From assembly GCF_009914755.1 (NCBI RefSeq), contig NC_060928.1: DNA of 64,000 nt; one strand, 5' to 3'. Made by a program: the position numbers and the translations under genes. The DNA comes from the human T2T-CHM13v2.0 reference genome, Homo sapiens. A model generated the notes under the pieces. The model was not told the origin of the DNA, searched no databases, and was given only the letters and a program-made list of their open reading frames with translations. Below, one piece after another: positions 61,328 through 64,000 of this stretch. The number at the start of each line of letters is the position of its first letter. The first letter of the stretch is position 1.

Positions 61328-61869
61328 TGTTGGAACCCTCAAAACTCTTTAGGCCTTGAGAGAAATGTGACTGTGATGTGAATCACATAGAATGTAGTTA
61401 CAACTTCTGCTTCTTAGATTGTAGAATAACTCTCTCATTGCTCTTGCGTTGTAAATGACTAGGAGAAACCAGAGACCACATCTCTTCCCCTTCTAATCAC
61501 TGACTTTTGTTATAGATTAACTGCCTCCTTTACTGTCCTGTACCTCATTCAGACCAGATCATGCAAAAGACCTCATGACTGTCACATGTTCAATGTGGAA
61601 ATTAAATATACCTTTCCTGAAAGAAAAAGACCAGCTCAACCAATCAGATCTTTGTAACCATGCATTAAGCCATATATACAAAGATGCTGAAATTCTGTTA
61701 AGCTTCCCTAAATGTTATCTATATAGATGACCTCCAAAATTCCACATTTTGGAAAGCTGATTTCCGTTTTTTGGAATCCTTGCTTCCCAGATGGCCATCC
61801 TCAAGCTTAGTGCTTGAATAAACTCTACAATTAATAAAGTTTTCTGAATCTCATTATTTATGGTTGTCA
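61328..61869 (+). mobile_element. ERV1 (MER4-group) solo LTR, subfamily uncertain
   Basis: TG...CA ends; CCAAT at about 61640; 'catcctcaagcttagtgcttgaataaactct' poly(A) region. Confidence 0.7.
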
Positions 61870-62247
61870 ATACTGAACACACAAATGCATAAGCACATCC
61901 ACACACACTTCTTAATCAGATAAGAGAATTAATTTGATTTTTCACGGTTGAATTCACTCTGCTCTCCAAGTGGTTGCCTTTCTCATATAAATTTGAACCA
62001 AAATGGCTATGTCCAAGATAGTGTAGTACCAGGTTACATTAATCCCTGTCTGGATAATACTATAACCAATTAGGACTCCAAGTAATTTGAGAGTTTCTCA
62101 TTAAAAAAAACTTCAATAATTTCATTGAGCTCATTATAATAGATCTAAAAACTGAATGAATCAGTATATTTTAGCAGAAAGCATCAGCGTACAGAATTAA
62201 CAATAGCCTGAAGCATAAAGACATGATTTTTTTTATCATATTACAAA

Positions 62248-62917
62248 TGTAATGACCCAATGGGTTCACCTTGCCCACTGCCTAGACAGAGCCAATTTAT
62301 CAAGACAGGGGAATTGCAATAAAGAAAGAGTAATTCATGCAGAGCCAGCTGTGCAGGAAACTGGAGTCTTATTATTACTCAAATCAGTCTCCCCGAGGGT
62401 TCGGGGGATCAGGGTTTTTAAGGACAACTTAGTGGGCGGGGGGAAGCCAATGAGACAGGTGTGCTGATTGGTCAAGTCAGAGATGCTTCTTGTGCTTAGT
62501 CAGTTCCTAGGTGGGGGCCACAAGATCAGATGAGCCAGTTTATCAATTTTGGTGGTGCCAGCTGATCCATCAGTTGCAAGGTCTGCAAAATATCTCAAGC
62601 ATTGATCTTACAAGCAGGTTAAGGAGGGTCAGAATCTTGTAGCCTCCAGCTGCATGACTCTTAAACCATAATTTCTAATCTTGTGGCTAATATGTTCAAC
62701 CTACAATGGCAGTCTAGTCCCCAGGCAAGAAGGGGATTTGCCTTGGTAAAGGCCTGTTATCATCTTTGTTTTAAACTATAAACTAAGTTCTTCCAGAAGT
62801 TAGTTCAGCCTATGCCCAGGAAAGAATAAGGATAGCTTGGAGATTAGAAGCAAGATGCAGTTGGTTAGGTCAAATCTCTTTCACTGTCTTAGTTACAATT
62901 TCGCAATGGTGGTTTGA
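62248..62917 (-). mobile_element. LTR8 solo LTR
   Basis: 'tgtaatgacccaatgggttcaccttgcccactgcctagacagagcc' is the reverse of the LTR8 3' end; flanks caaa/caag. Confidence 0.88.
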
Positions 62918-62942
62918 CAAGCAGGCTAGAGATAGGTGGTTA

Positions 62943-63627
62943 TGATATAGAAGGGCTGGGCTCCCAGCTAAACCCCAACCTTAAGCCTGGAACCGCAGCC
63001 CTAAGTGAAAATAGCTGAATCCATTTTTCCGCAAAAATGTTTTTTTGTTTGTTTTTTTTTTTTTTGGTCTGCCTTACCCCTATCCTGTGCCCATAAAAAG
63101 TCTTCAGCTGGCAGAGCAACACAAGCAGCTGAGCATCAGGGATACAAGTGGCTGAGCAACGAGCATGGAAGTAGCTGAGAAACAAGCAGAGAAGCAACTG
63201 AGCTTCAGAGACTGCAGATAGATGCAACTAACTTCAGATGGTGCAGCTTCAGGGAAAGATCACCTTCTTCCCACACCATCCCCTTTCCAACTCTCTATTC
63301 TGCTGAGAGCCACTTCCATCACCCAATAAAATCCTCTGCATACACTACCCTTCAACCCATTCATGTGACCTGATTCTTCCTGGACACTGGATGAGAACCT
63401 GGGTGCTGAGAGGGCAGGGGCTGGGACACTGCTGTGGGGTCTGCACAGAGCCTTCTCCTGCCAGAGAGGAGCAACCAGCCGGTTCCAGTATTCATTTGCT
63501 TTGGTCCCACACTCACTTGCTTGCATGCTCCCTCTTGCAAGGAGTGGCCAGCAGCAGACTGAGTGAAATGAGCCATCCAGTTCCCACCCATGAAGGGGAT
63601 CAAGGTCAAGGAAACAATCTCATCTCA
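62943..63627 (+). mobile_element. MER50-like solo LTR
   Basis: 'tgatatagaagggctgggctcccagctaaacccc' to 'aacaatctcatctca'; flanks gtta/gttg. Confidence 0.75.
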
Positions 63628-63775
63628 GTTGTAGAGTCAATTCAACAGCACAACAGTGGCAGAATGTTAGCCCAACATCACTTTGAATCATTTTGGCTTT
63701 CTTTCTTGGTCAAAAGAGGACTGCCAAAGAGGCAAAACACAACTTCACATAACTAAATCCCAAGCAAGAAAGAAC

Positions 63776-64000
63776 TGTTGAAAGAAAATCCTTAGACAAA
63801 TATAATTTAACAGAGTTTAACTGAGCAAAGAACAAGTCATGAATTGGGCATCCTCCTGAGCCAGAGTAGACTCAGAGAGTCCAGCACAAGCATGTGGTGA
63901 CATAAGACTTATGGACAGAATGAAAGTGACCTACAGAAAATGGAAGTGAGGTACAGAAACAGCCAGGTGGGTTATAGCTCAGCATTTGCCTTATTTAAAA
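63776..64000 (-). mobile_element. MER57-like LTR (runs off the window)
   Basis: 'ttagacaaatataatttaacagagtttaactgagcaaagaac...ggaagtgaggtacagaaacagcc' is the reverse of the MER57 3' half. Confidence 0.8.

Overview
Primate (human-like) non-coding genomic DNA: AT-rich and dense in interspersed repeats. It contains about 26 Alus (AluJ/S and one young AluY), two large L1PA 3' fragments, older L1M/L2/MIR/hAT remnants, about 18 LTR elements (including an LTR12/ERV9 solo LTR) and a decayed ERVL provirus. No protein-coding exon or RNA gene could be recognised. The listed ORFs are repeat-derived or chance. A TATA box, a small CpG-enriched patch and a GT donor near 44.8-45.2 kb, plus short downstream splice-site-bounded segments, suggest a minus-strand first exon of an unidentified transcript (low confidence). 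The most unusual signals are local copy-paste events: (1) a 176-bp, about 98% identical inverted copy of part of the neighbouring L1, placed 4.6 kb away without poly(A) or TSD; (2) a roughly 125-bp unique segment copied from 1.9 kb away into the middle of an AluJ; (3) an Alu with a roughly 38-bp target duplication. There are also several quasi-palindromes and a four-insertion nest inside one LTR. I see no evidence of a new coding system. Repeat subfamily names are from memory of consensus sequences and need RepeatMasker/Dfam confirmation.
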